Assembly: GCA_002633005.1 (NCBI GenBank)
Contig: NMRA01000231.1
Span: forward strand, 510,122 to 574,121
DNA length: 64,000 nucleotides
Source of the DNA: Phoronis australis
Taxonomy: Eukaryota; Animalia; Phoronida
Direction: 5' to 3'
Shown here piece by piece: positions 39,791 through 52,770 of this stretch. A model generated the notes under the pieces. That model saw nothing but the letters and a program-made list of their open reading frames with translations, had not been told where the DNA came from and ran no database searches. A program made the position numbers and the translations under genes. Numbering within the stretch: position 1 is the first letter of the stretch; every line of letters starts with the position of its first letter.

Positions 39791-41922
39791 TAGCATTGTA
39801 AAAATTCAAAAGGAGGAAACAGTACAGTGGTTGGACCTGTAAATACTCTGGCTGATCTGCTAAATCCAGTGGGGGCATTATTGTGTCAGCACAGCTGTGT
39901 AGGGAAGTAGGTTTGTGTGTTGTGGCAAGCTTTGTTTGCACCAGAACTGCTTGTGTGAACAGCACAAATCTAACATTTACCTAGTCTAAGACTGTATTTT
40001 TGTCCAGGCACGGATCATGATCCTGGGCCACATGGTAATGGTACATTGTTCATTTTGTTTAGCCACTGGATTTTTTTGGTCTGACAGGATTTCTCAGTGT
40101 CGCCATCACATTTAGAGGATTTCTGACCACTGTACTATTCCTTTTCCTTGAAGATGCGTAATTGATCTGAATTTATGTTTCCACATTTTATTTACCATGA
40201 TAGACTTTTCTTTGTAAATGGGTATATATTACTGAAATTTGAGACCCTGTTGCAGTTAGGCTGGTTTTGTCAACTTATCTTTCTGCCTGGGTTGTAAACC
40301 CATATTCTGTCCAGGAGGTAATAAGTTTTGATTTAGACCATTTACCTCTATAAACTTTGCTCAGTTTGTTCCTTATCCAGATGGGAAGCGATTTCTGGAA
40401 TTATAGCGAATTGACAGTTTGCTTTTGCTTGAGACCATGCTGTGTGTATAAAATCGCACACTATTAGTCTGGTCTCTAGCAATTGCATATTGCCAGATCT
40501 TTAAAAGTTCGGAAATTGCTCAAAAGTGACCTGGAAGTAATACCTATTTCGTGATAGTAAAATGTCTAAATCAAAAGTTGTTTTATGTGATTTTAGGCGA
40601 GTTTATGTCCACTTCAAATGATTTTTGTTGCAGAACTGAAAAGCATTTGCACATTAGCTCTGGTGGCTCCTTGTTTTTTTTGGCGAATTGACCATTTTAT
40701 GGTTCCCATCGGTAATTTTGTTACTGGTCTAGTATGTATGTACAATTGTAATCGTAGGGCAATTGTAATGCAAACCATGTTGCAAAAGTATTTTTTCATG
40801 ACCATTTCATTGTAAAATGCTGCCTAATTGGAACCGACAAGCCAATTTTTCTTTTTGTGGTGGTTACTTTTGATAAGAACATTGATGTGGTAAATACAGC
40901 TACCTCAAGTTTGTGAAGAAGAGATTTCCAGTGTTGTCAGCGATATTGCGAAATCACTTTTTCGCAGTGAGACTACATCACCCTAAATATAATTCCCTGA
41001 CTTTTTGAGCTTTGTGTGGTTGACTCTGTCCTGTAGCAATTAGAGTGTTGAAATGATCTAGAAGGTCATTTTTTATTAGAATCATAACATTTGCACTTTT
41101 GACTGTACAGTTATCTTTGCATTGGTATTTTATATTTTTTCACAAGGAATACTTTCAACTGAGATGAGTTGTCTATGAGGTAGGCAATTTTCAAATAAGA
41201 TAATAAATAAAATTGTCATACATTGTTTTATTTTTTAGATGAGTGATCTTCCAATAAGTGATTACTTTTAAAAAACCTATGCAGAATTTGATTTTTACTC
41301 TTCATTTGAAGGAGAATAAATCCATAAACCTGCATTGTCTAGAAATTTTACTCAAACTACATATTACAGGGTTGGGGATTGGAATCTTAATACAGCAGAG
41401 TCTGAACCCGTACCATGAGCAATACAACACAATACACGGATATAAAAAATTTGGTGTTTAGGTTCCACGGAAAGGATTCGTGTGCGCGGTAATAGTTACT
41501 AAGGTGCGTGGTCATTGTTTGTGGATACTTTGGTATTCCTCTTCTGTGGTCATCCACGGGAAACCAGGTCGCATAGAGAACAATAGATTAGCATCTTCAT
41601 TGTTTCCGTTGTTATAATACGGCTGACAATCGTGACTTGGAAATGCCGTCAAGTAATATAACGGCCTCTTTCAATATGCATCTCGTTTTTTATGGCCAAA
41701 GATAGTGGCGGTATTCTGCACGCACGTAGGGCCTACGTGTGAGTCACCTGTCAATCACTTGTTAGTGTCAAGGTAACATGCACTTCAAAGTGTGGGAACT
41801 TGCGCACGTGCACCACTACAAATCAGTCACACATAGCGACAGTCCGACGAAGTAACAAAAACGGGCGTGACTACTGTATGTACTTTTAAGCTGTTGTTAC
41901 GAAAGACCCAGTTCCTTACGAT

Positions 41923-42697
41923 CATAGGCGGATTTAGGGCGGGGGCCCAGGGGGCCCGGGCCCCCCCCCNTCCGTTTCCGTCGTCTGCTCCACTGTGCAA
42001 TGAAGAAAATTTACTTCATTTTTTAAAGAAAATGGAACCTGAGTGACGATGAAAAAACAGAAGCTGCTGGTAAGATGTGAATTTTAATCGAAGCCTTAGT
42101 GAATCACTCAGAAAACTCGCAATACTCTCTTTGTCAAACCTTATCTTAAGACGGTTTCCAAAGCAATCCCGTCATTATTGCCTACACGAAAAATGGATTT
42201 GGTCTTTTGGGCATTTGAAGACTATTTCAAATACGACAAATTTGTTAAGAATTGATGGCACAAAATATAAAACGTGTAATAAGCATTACAAAAAGAAGTA
42301 GGTTTCGTGCGCAAACGCTGTGGCTCATAAACAAGTAAGTCTTTTAGTATAACTGTTGTAGTTAAGTCGTGGTGGTGTAGTGGTAACGTACGTGTGCTGT
42401 AAGCGCCAGGTCGTGAGTTTGAGTCTTTGATATACCTGCACTTTTTTCTGTTTGACACGTTCTCCGTGTTTTTTTTTTGCCTTTTTTTCTTGGATAATAC
42501 TTCAGGAATCAAGGAAAATGCTTGATTTTTAGAGGTAAAAACAGAAAAATTTCCTAGGAGGGAGGGGGGTTTGCCCCCCTCCCAACCTCCCCCCATTCGG
42601 TGCTATGCGCATCTACAATCGTGGTTCAATTTGCGCAAATGCTTCCAGCCGGAAAAATTGTTGGGCCCCCCCTTGTGATATCCTAGATCCGCCACTG
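41923..42697. mobile_element. GC-rich-ended non-autonomous element with a 5-bp TSD (hAT5-like)
   Basis: ACGAT|CATAGGCGGATTTAGG ... CCTAGATCCGCCACTG|ACGGT. Confidence 0.65.
42365..42432 (+). pseudogene. Degenerate tRNA-derived sequence (SINE head-like)
   Basis: A box TGGTGTAGTGG and B-box-like GTTTGAGTC at tRNA spacing. The cloverleaf pairs poorly. Confidence 0.4.
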
Positions 42698-45600
42698 ACG
42701 GTATTCCTCCGTTGCCAATGTTCCCCAAAACTGCGTTGTCAAGTCTATTCCCATATTTCCTGGCTCGATGCTCCCTAAGCCCATACCTGTAACTAGCTGC
42801 GTGAATCTCCTACCCACTATCGTCAAGCAGTCTACGTCGTAGATATTTCAGACTCGAATGGTAAGAATTTTTGTTCAGGCTGAAAATGGCCAATGTATAA
42901 ACAAAATTATTCTGGATGGCTAAAAAGGGGACGTGGAAACGATAATTCACACAGTCACGCTTACGTGGGGACTGACACAAGAAATAGTAAAGAACAGCCA
43001 GCGACATTAGTTAAATCTGCTAACCAGTTTAACTGAGATGCAATAAGCGAAAAACAAAATTTGACTAGCCGTTTTTTATTACTTCAAGATCATACACAAA
43101 CATACATTATTGCCAACGTTTGAATTCAGAAATCGACAGGCAGCAACGAAATCGGTAACCCAGTAAGGCACTTTTACTGTCCCTTCGGTCGCCCCACATC
43201 CTCTATAACCCGACAGTTATACTCATCAAAATATTGAGAATTTGACATCTTTCCGTGAGTTGTGAGATTTGTTCAGAATACGAGAGCTTCCCACCTTAAT
43301 AGAATTTGGAGGGTTGGCAAAACCATAGTCACATTTCTCTGGCCTGATTTTTTCGAATATATGTTTTATCTATTGGACTGCAGACGGAAACTCAGCGCGG
43401 CAGACAAAGTCGCTGAAAGCGGAGGTTTTGACCCCGGCGGCGTTCTTAAACTTTGCAAACAAGGGAAGAAAATAAAGTGACAAAAAGGTTCGAGTATTAT
43501 GTTTTGAAGTGAATTCATGACCCAAGACAATAACTCGTTACTTGTATTGTAATTCAGATTGCTAAACCACCGTCTCGGAGTCCCGGCGTCGTTGCACTCA
43601 TTGTGATCATCGATCTTTTTCTAAAAGTCGGGGAATCACGCGTTTCCTTAGCACTAAATCTTCATTCTTTAAAAGTCGGGAATGGGCGCTTAACCGAAAG
43701 GTGGGCGCTTAACTGGAAATCTTCAAAAATCACAGGGGGGCGCTTAACCGAGCAGTGGGTGGTTAAATTGGAGGAAATAATCGGCTTTTTACAAAATGGA
43801 GCCATGTATGGTGTTTAGGGGTACTATAGCCCGAAGTGGTAAGTAATAAAACGTTCAAAACATTCAGGAGGAACTAACTTGTTGCAAAATATCGAAAAGC
43901 ATGAAGGGAAATCGGATTTTACGGTGCTCACACATCGATCTCAGATATATGAAAATTTCTCATTTTAGTACAATTGAGATGCCAAAGTGTATAACTAATA
44001 AACTGGCTGACAAAGTTTTTATTTTATGCAATGAAAGTAACATATTTTGTCAACATTTTGGCCAAGTTTCATTCTCATAGCAGTGGGGGCAGATTTGGTA
44101 CAGCAGTGTACTGAACACAACCTCAAAATGGCATAACGGGGGGCAGTGTAGTAAAACTACTAAATGAGGGCGGTGAATCGGAATCGTATTTCAAGACATC
44201 TGTGTAACAATCTATAGGCACCACTAAACAATGCCAAGTGAATAATAAATCAATAGCTTTCATTCAAGGAAAAATATAAACAGTTAAAACGACAGTTTTT
44301 ATACCGTGAAAACATGATTGCGAAGCCGTAAAATGTGTTTGCGGCTATAACTTTAGAAAAACGCAATATTTTGAGGAAACATTTTACCACTGTTTATAGA
44401 TCCCATAGGACTACCTAAGTGCCAAATTTGGTGAAAATCAGCTGACCCCCAACCTTGCCGCTCATGGCTGGTGCTCTCGTGGACTAGTACTTAATCACTG
44501 TTAATGAAATATTAATAAAAAAAATCTAGTATGTTAAATCTTGTACGAGAATCATGAAATTTGTTACTGTACTCCATTCTTGTTTTAGTGAAAATCGAAA
44601 TTTTTGACTGCCTGTCCTATTGAAACTTATTGCTTTTAGAAAACTTCAGTTTTCAAAAGTTAGTTCCTTTAAAACTTATGTTCTGAAAACTTAGTTTTCA
44701 AAAACTTAAGTTTTGATGACTTATGCTTGTTACTAAAAACTTGTTCCAAAACTTAAGTTTTTCAAAAAATTAAGTTTCTGAAATTTAAGTTTTCAGAACT
44801 TAAGTTTTTGAAAAAAATTAAGTTTTTAGAACTTAAGTTCGTTCCAAAAAACTTGTTCCAAAATACTTAAGTTTTCGCCAAAAGCTTAAGTTTTCGTGAA
44901 TGAAACTTGAAGTTTTTCAGACCAAAAACTTAAGTTTTTCGATGAAAACTTAAGTTCATTTTTGTAAGGGACAAATCAAATCTCCAGTGAACATCAAAAC
45001 GTATATTTCACCATAACACATACATTTCAGTTCAGTTGCACATTACATACGGTCAATTTCTAATTTGCCAAAGAAGGAAACACACTCTTCTCTGAAGCCT
45101 CTCGCTACCGAAGTCTCACACACAAACAGTCTCGACCGCATGGTCCACCTAACGAAGGCTCTGCAGCGCACTGAGACGTAACAAGGGTATTAAGCATTAT
45201 AATAAGTGAAGAATAGCAACTAAATATGCATAATAATAAACGTGCAGTTACTTAAGTCACATCACATATGGATTTGAACGAATCTCCTGATTAAATGTGT
45301 ATTCTGCTGGAGAAGGTAATCCAGGCACAATGGGCGTAGTGCGCAGACAAAGTGGATCATCTCCAGATGGTAACGATTTTTGGAGACTTACCTTCACTGT
45401 ACAGACGAATCTTCCGATTTTCTATTAGCTTGTAAGTAGTGCAACCTGCTACTCACGTGCTTGAAATCGTACTGTTCAGCAAGTCACTGCTGCATTGTGG
45501 ACCGTAATTGCTCACAACGGACTGTGGTATACAATTCTCTGACATTACTATACGTTGTTGCTTCTATACAAAGTTTGACGAATTCATGGACAAAAGTCTG

Positions 45601-46976
45601 TGAATATTACACAAAGAACTGTAATAGTCGACGACTATCTACATGTATGAATTGTTGTTCTGGTGGAACAAATCAGACCCAATGATAATCCATGGGCGAT
45701 AGGCTTTAATGTTCAGAATGGGCTCTTTTGTTGCAATGGTTACGTTTTGGTGACACGTGGAACGGTGTTGCAGCATTAGCCCAATATCTGAGTTGATACG
45801 AGTCCACGAAGTCCAGATTTCCCTAAACCAGGGTATCTCCACAATGTGCGAGCGTAGATATAAAAGACTTTAGGGATCACGACACACCCTCCCTTATTAA
45901 TTATCCCACTGTGAAGTGACAGTTCATTACGATATGTAGTATTGTGCACTGGCAGGACAAGCAGCTTTTGAACTAGGCTAACATTGGATGATCGCTTGAT
46001 TAAGCGGCACTATGTGTTCGTCATGTTCGACTAGTTTTCGGATATCTTGTAAGCGTGGGTTGTTACAGTGATTAGACTGTGAATGCTCACAATCATAGAT
46101 AGCAAACCAGAAAGTGCGTTTCTAGAGAGAGCTTAGTACATGTACGCAACAGGAGTGTAAGTCACCGTTAAGTCATACTGCAGCATGCAAAGTAACACTC
46201 AACTAGTCTACGTGGGGAGCTTGATAGTTTCTTCTTGGTGATGCTCATGATCAGTTTGTGGTCAATTTCGATTCTCGCAGGTAGCCCATATACGCAGTAT
46301 TCAAGTCCAAAGACAATAGCTAGCATTTACCTTTCTTTGTTGGACTCACTTTCAGGCAGACTTTTGCTTGCGAAAAAGAGTGGGTGTTTGTTCTGGATCA
46401 ATACGGCTCGAATTCGGCATCTGTTTGCACAATAACTGAGAGTACCAGATCAAAGTAACGCTGAGGTAGAGCTAATACATGCACATGTACATGTAGCTTT
46501 CTTAACACCATCAAAAGCATTTTCTTGGGCTGGAGACTACAAAAACCCAGACTCTTTATCGATGATGTCTCGCAGTTGTTTGCACAATGAAGACAAGTTG
46601 GACGTAGTTGATCTTGGCTAGGAGCATTGCAACTGTGGTGTCACGTGGAGGTATCTTATTGATAATTGCAGAGCGTTGGTAAGGGTCTGGTTCAAGACGA
46701 TTTGCACCAATGCAGTTCCCAAATAACTGATTGTCTGTTATTCAATACACCTTTGAGAGGATTGAGACAAAGTCCTTAATTTTTTGCTCGATGAATCGCT
46801 TGAATCAGGTTTTAGTGATGCAGCTCAGTAGACAGTGATCATCGGAGATAAAAATAACACCAGGTAACCCTTCAAAGGGGGCGTCAATCTTCTATTAAAA
46901 GATATATTGACTAGGAACGAGGCCAAAGGGTAGACGGACAAAGTACACATGTAACAACATCCCAATGATGCGTTGA

Positions 46977-47050
46977 AATGGGCGGCACAGCACTGAGAAA
47001 AGTGGGATGGGGGCTTTAGCCCACCAGTCCCCTATGGTGCGCCGGCTATG
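46977..47050. mobile_element. 74-bp MITE with a perfect 5-bp TSD, inside the Gypsy RT
   Basis: GTTGA|AATGGGCGGC ... GCCGGCTATG|GTTGA. Confidence 0.65.
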
Positions 47051-47213
47051 GTTGAGCTTACATAATGTTTGTCATTCCGTCTACCCTCAAGCTACAATGT
47101 CCCCATTTTGCATCTAAAGTGCTGAAACATTTCGCACGATGGACTACATGTATGCGAGTATGCCGTGGATGGTTTTCGTTTTGTAGTGATTTATATACAC
47201 TTATTTAACTTAA

Positions 47214-50200
47214 AGGAGTATGCCACCCAAAAACAACCTATTTTGTATCAATTTAGATCGAGTAGGTCTACTCGATAACAGCACGTTCGGTTGCGTTACC
47301 TGACACCTGACGGAGGTGTTGAAATTATCCAATGGCATCATTGGTTTCACACGCAGTCTGTTCAGCAGTTCACAACACGGGTTACTGGTGTCAGCTTATC
47401 GCTTGAATTCATCGTTTACACCAATTAATCATCAAACTCCGATATAAAACCCTTAAAAATACACCGAGTTCTTATAACATGAGCAACGCAGAGCGTTGAA
47501 ATGCGCCCACAATTGCACCGTATACGGTATCCTTCTAGGGTTGTTTATTGGTACCATAAAGTGGCCAGTAGAGGGCATATATGTGGTATGTTGTACTTTG
47601 CAAAATGGAAAGGCATGGTCATTGTCTCCTCAATAGGCTAGGGGCAAAATGTGAGTGATCTTCATAATACGAGCACATCCTATACATCAGTTACTTAAAG
47701 CACCACAGAAACATAGAATTAAAAACAAATTTACCAACATACGAGATTAGCACAGCATTAGAATGCCAGAAACAAATTTCTACTTGGAACTTTCCTTCAT
47801 AGTCACGAAGTAACACAAAGTATACATCTGAAGACCTATGAAAATACAGAGGTCAATGTAAAATACTTAAATTGCCACTAGAGGTATACCGGTAGTCAGA
47901 ATCATCCTAAAGTCGTCATCGTCCGTTGTCAACATCACATAAATACACTTGCTAAATTCAGTAAAGATCCTGCAAACGGATTGGGAGATACAGCTTAGGG
48001 CGCAAGAAAACTGCCACTAGGAGGCGCCACAGTAATCAAAGTCATGGGAAATTCAGCGTCAACTGTCCTCTTCATAGTAAGAACATACATGCCAATTTTC
48101 ACAATCATACTTAGAGCGGTTACATGTAGGTTGATAGAGGGGTGGACGCCAAAAAAACAGACTCAAAAACAGTAAAAATGGCCACTATGTGGCGCAAACT
48201 ATGTCGAATCCATCTGAAAACGGGAGGATAGCGTCATCTCACTAATAGGTGCCTATATACCAAATTTCATGAAAATCCGTTCAGGACTTTTGAAGATACA
48301 AAGGTACATGTAAGCGTAGAAAACTAAAATTGCCACTAGGGGGCACACCGGTAGTCGGATCCGTCCGAAAGTCGTCATGTTCCGTTGTTAACATCATATA
48401 AATATACTTACATGTACACAATTTCGTAAAGATCCTGCGAACGGTTTAGGAGATACAGCCATAGGCGAAGAAAAAAAACAAAACAGCCACTAGGAGGCGC
48501 CACAGTAGTCGAAATCGTCGAAAATCATCGTCAACCGTCCTCCACATAGTAAGCATATACATGCCAATTTTCACAATCATCCTTTGAGCGGTTTGGTTGA
48601 TAGACGGATTGTCGCACAAAAACAGACTCGAAAACACTAAAAATGGCCACTAGGTGGCGCACACTATGTCGAATCCAAGTGAAAACGGGAGGATAGCGTC
48701 ATCTCACCAATAGGTGCCTACATACCAAATTTCGTGAAAATCCGTTCAGGACTTTTGAAGATACAAAGGTAAGCGCAAAAAAATAAAAATTGCAACTAGG
48801 GGGCACACCGGTAGTCGGATCCGTCCGAAAGTTCGCACATGCCGTCCCATTTATGAATGGAACATATGTGCCAAATTTCATGAACGTATGTCGAAGGGTT
48901 TTGGAGATAGAGCAGCGGACGCCGGACACCGGACGCCGGCCGGACGGACGGACGGACGGACGGAGATGACGGCATAATGCGTCCGCATATAAGTATGTGG
49001 GCGCATAAAACTGTTGTTTTATTTTGCTGTTACGGATTTATTGGTATTTGGACACACCGTAGCTTACGAAGTTTTGCAGGCCAATTTACCAAGGTCCGTA
49101 GCAGGAGTTTGGGGTCTGTTCAGAGATAAATTCGAAGTATTCTTCCGTGAAATACAGACAAGATAAGCTAGATCTGTGTTGCTTAGACTTTTGATTTTTG
49201 AGTTCTAAACACACGAAACGCTTGTTATCCCGGCCAGTGGCTCGGAAAACAATCAGGCCCGTCGCGGCCGGACTGACTCGTTATCCTAACCGATACTGGC
49301 TCGGAACCCGATAAGGCCCAAGTTTGAGTTGGAAACTAAACCTCCATTCACGAAAAGACTAATAGTAAGCCAAAGAAATAATGTGCACCTAATTATTTAC
49401 GTGAATTAGCAACGAAACTGAAAATCTACAAAGGTTGTATATTAACAATGATTCGAATAATGTATTTGTATAGATTGCATTAACATGTGACCATAGCATA
49501 TAAAATAGAGTATTTGTTTCACAACAGCTTTCTGTCAGCAAACAATGAATTAGCATGTGCTCACACGGCCTCGGTAACCGGTCAATTTCCTTTATTGCCG
49601 GCATCAAATCCGGTAACGCAGTGGTTTATTCATTGCTGGCTTCTCAACATTTGCACTCACGAATACTGCAAATGTATTACAAATTGCATCTAATGAAACA
49701 GACTTTGTTTCACTTTTATATAAGCATTAGTTAGGGTGAGAATGATTCATTTTGAAACAGAACGCAGAATACATGGCAACTCACCCGGCGCCAATCCCGA
49801 CTTAGTCAAGGGCTAATCCGACGAAGACTTCACTGGTCGGATCGTTAGGTTTCACAGGATATCAGTTCGAACCGGAATACACTGATCAAGAAATACTACA
49901 GAGGCGCCGTGAGCATGCACAGACAACGGAATGCATGGGTAGTTCTTTGGTAAGCCGGAATTCGTCAGAGAAATCACTGTCAAGGAAATGCCGGCCACAG
50001 ACACGGAAATGATTCACGGCCTCATACTTGTTATTAACAGCGTACATTTCAGATCACTACCAGCGAGCCATTTCCTAAGCATCTAGGGCTCTCGAGGAAG
50101 TCGAAATAACGATATAATCGCTTTCTTCGCAGCTTCATAGTTCGGACAACCGGGAACGATGCACCGCAATGTAGCGGCATTAACTTTGCACACGAACAGC

Positions 50201-50336
50201 AGACGTCGCTTCTCACCTTCCTCACAGGTTAACGCGACACCTCTAGGTAAGGTGAGGTCGACCGTTTAAGAGGCAATTTGGATATAGACTGATTACGACG
50301 GTAAAAAAGACTAATTAAATCGGGTGGCATTCTCCT
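47214..50336 (-). mobile_element. Internally deleted Kolobok-like transposon (copy 3), inserted in the Gypsy RT
   Basis: TTAA|AGGAGTATGCCACCC ... GGGTGGCATTCTCCT|TTAA. Removing it restores DLRVCLDPLKLNKCI. Degenerate THAP at about 50165-49960 (-): CIVPGCPNY..LFRLP..LRKWL..YEAVNHFRVCGRHF. Confidence 0.85.
47870..49010 (-). mobile_element. HINE/DINE-1-like element with a (GTCC)n microsatellite and a tandem core of about 460 bp
   Basis: (CGGA)n at about 48940-48964 beside a hairpin end. Repeat units start at about 47870, 48328 and 48788. Confidence 0.75.
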
Positions 50337-52638
50337 TTAAGTGGATCGAGACACACTCGAAGGTCACCGTTGGGTTTGTGAACAGACACTACACTGTGAA
50401 CCCAATAGGTTAATTCCTGAACAGTTGCGATGATTTCAAGGTCAAGCATTCTCTTACTTCTTTCTGCAGGTGTTTTAGGCATTCAGGTACTCGACCGCAG
50501 GTTCTTTGTCCGTACTATGTGATAATCACCAGGGAATAGACCGATGCCGTCGAAGACTTCGTTGTATTTGTTGAGAAGTAAAGTTTCCTCTGTAGCTGTG
50601 TGGGAGTGTCTTTTACGGTCCTTAGTCTATGTGATGCTGCTCATTTGATAGAGGCCGTTTCGGGTATGCAGTGAGATCAAACCCAAGTTCAACACTTGTG
50701 ATTATGCTGATGAATGTTGGGCCTATGACTTCAGTAAGACATAGCCTTGATTTCACTGTTTTTTCAAGGAATTGGCTTGCAGTTCCAGGGCACCTCAAGC
50801 AGATAAACCAAAGTAGGGTACTGGAGATAAGTTCTTTGGTAGCCTATTCTGATCAAGGCTATCGGGTAGAGCTTTGGCTTTGTTCACGGGAGGCACAATT
50901 AGTAAGTTTGTTTCTCTTTTTGCGTCTCAAACAGATATTGGCGAAGTGTTTCTTCATTTAACAAAAAAGCAGATCTGTCCATACCCAGGCCATGCTTGTC
51001 CCTCACTCCCATGATTGCCATCACAGTTAAATCAGGAGTTTTTTGTCGCCCTCTGTTTTGCAGCAGATTCTTCGTTTTTAACCAATATTTTAGATCGAGA
51101 ATCAGGTACACTAACCACATCAAGATGACTGGGTGACTCACTATTTTGAACATCACACATCTGCACTACTGTACATAGACACATATTATATTTAATGTGT
51201 CATCTTACGGTAGATCTTCTTTGACAATATGTGTTTTCGGGCCTTAAACCTGCTATAATAATGTCTTGTTGTTGTTCGTTTGTGTCTGCATAGCTACGAT
51301 CGGATGCAACGATTTTTGCACACGCATCCATTATCTCATCCTCCGTTTGTTAAAGACCACGTAAAATGAATCGGGGCATACGGAAGTTTGTTTTGAGATT
51401 ACAGTATTTGTCAAACTGTACAGAGCACAATACCAGAATTTCAAGATCGTCGTCGGTAAGTTCCCAACTATTACGGATATCACAGCCTAACTCATCTGTA
51501 ATTCACCTTGACAGAGGTCCGTTGGAAATTTATTCAGATGTTTGTCTGCACTTTCTAAAGCGTTCTGGTAAGTGTTGCACCTGGGGACGCCAGGTAAGTC
51601 ACTCATGTCATACGTCGTTTATCTTACACTATGAAAGATCTTGGACCATAATTTATTTGATTTAAGACAAAGAGGGCCGTGTTCAACACTCTAGTGGTGT
51701 GCTACGATAATGATTACATTATGCGAGGTTGCGCTATACTGGACTTAGAAATGCGTACATATATGTGAGTTTGTGACATGTTGTCAGTCGACCACACCGC
51801 TGGCTTTTCCAATGAAAGCTTCATTTTAACTAGCCTATCTAAGTTTTGAAAGTTGGAAATGTTTGTTACAACGCGTAATGAAAATTTTCAACTGTGATGC
51901 CTTACTGCAAAGTAAATTGTGTCCGGTCTTTTGAGTCAGTTTGTCCAATCAAAATATCTTACGTTTTACAATGTTAAAAGGATATTAAGCCCGGTAATAC
52001 ATCGACAAACGTTCCACAACATGCCGGGAAATACCACCTATCACAAACCATAATATCTATTCTGTGGCAATTGAACATGTGCTTTTAGGGAAAGCATGCT
52101 TTTATCACTCACCTGGGGGCAGGATGAGGATTATTTAAAATCAAGGAAACTGCCAGGAAGGAAACGAGGCTGTCTAAGCACATATGGAGTTTTTCAATAG
52201 ACATACACTAAGGGACTGCTGTTTCAAACCTAGGGCAACTTTTGCCTGCTTGAAGTTTGACTTATATAAAAAGTAAGGAAACCTACTAATGGAAGAGATA
52301 CCGCTGAAAGAAATAATTATTTGGACGATCATTGTCCTAGAATCTTGTTTGTACATGACGTATCGTGCTGTCAGTAAAAAGGTCGAAGTGTTCTTAACTT
52401 TTTGATAAAAAATACTTGGGATTACCACACGCACCAGAGGACGCTAAATAGAGCTGTGCAGGCGAGCCTGTTGAAAGCATGTACCCCAAAATAAGGGAGA
52501 AACATGGGCTTATATATATATTGGAGTTTGCAGGAGCGGGCACTAGACGAGCTTAATTCGAATGTCACCTCTTGGAATTACTGAAAACTCAAGGAATGCG
52601 TCTACACAATGACAATTTGATTGAAATATATCACTTAC

Positions 52639-52770
52639 CAGCTAATTCCCCGTTTATATACCAAGTAGTCTTTGGCTTCGGTGGCCTGTTTCTTGCCTGT
52701 ACTGTAAATACAGCGTCTTTTCCAGCAGCTGTGTAGATGTTCTCTGGTGTAATTAACAATTCCGGCTTGT
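52639..52770 (-). CDS. Internal exon B of the Ig-superfamily gene (N-terminal half of the next Ig domain)
   Basis: Acceptor ttttttctag| and donor |gtaagt. 132 nt, phase 1 to 1, compatible with exon A. Translates (Y)KPELLITPENIYTAAGKDAVFTVQARNRPPKPKTTWYINGELA. Too short to appear in the ORF track. Confidence 0.85.

Larger units (their letters stand above)
30795..44970. mobile_element. 14.2-kb foldback-type DNA transposon with CCC termini and a 2-bp TSD (EnSpm/CMC-like); spans the assembly gap
   Basis: AC|CCCTTACAAAAATGAACTTAAGTTTT ... AAAACTTAAGTTCATTTTTGTAAGGG|AC. Each end has about 350-500 bp of AAACTTAAGTTT palindromic sub-repeats. Confidence 0.75.
45270..51770 (-). mobile_element. Main body of a decayed Gypsy LTR retrotransposon (gag-PR-RT-RNH-IN; Mag-like)
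   Basis: PBS-like TGGTCC at about 51648. Gag LPERFRK..NGPL. RT KPNGDLRVCLDP/LNK..KCFSTLDAK/RLPFGL. RNase H MLAIVFGLE..IEIDHK. Integrase RPWIIIGSDLF and RTTP..GLPSPAE. Interrupted by 46977-47050 and 47214-50336. Confidence 0.88.

Noticed and set aside
42365-42432. Functional tRNA gene
   Set aside because: Acceptor and T stems pair poorly, the B box is degenerate, and it sits inside a MITE.
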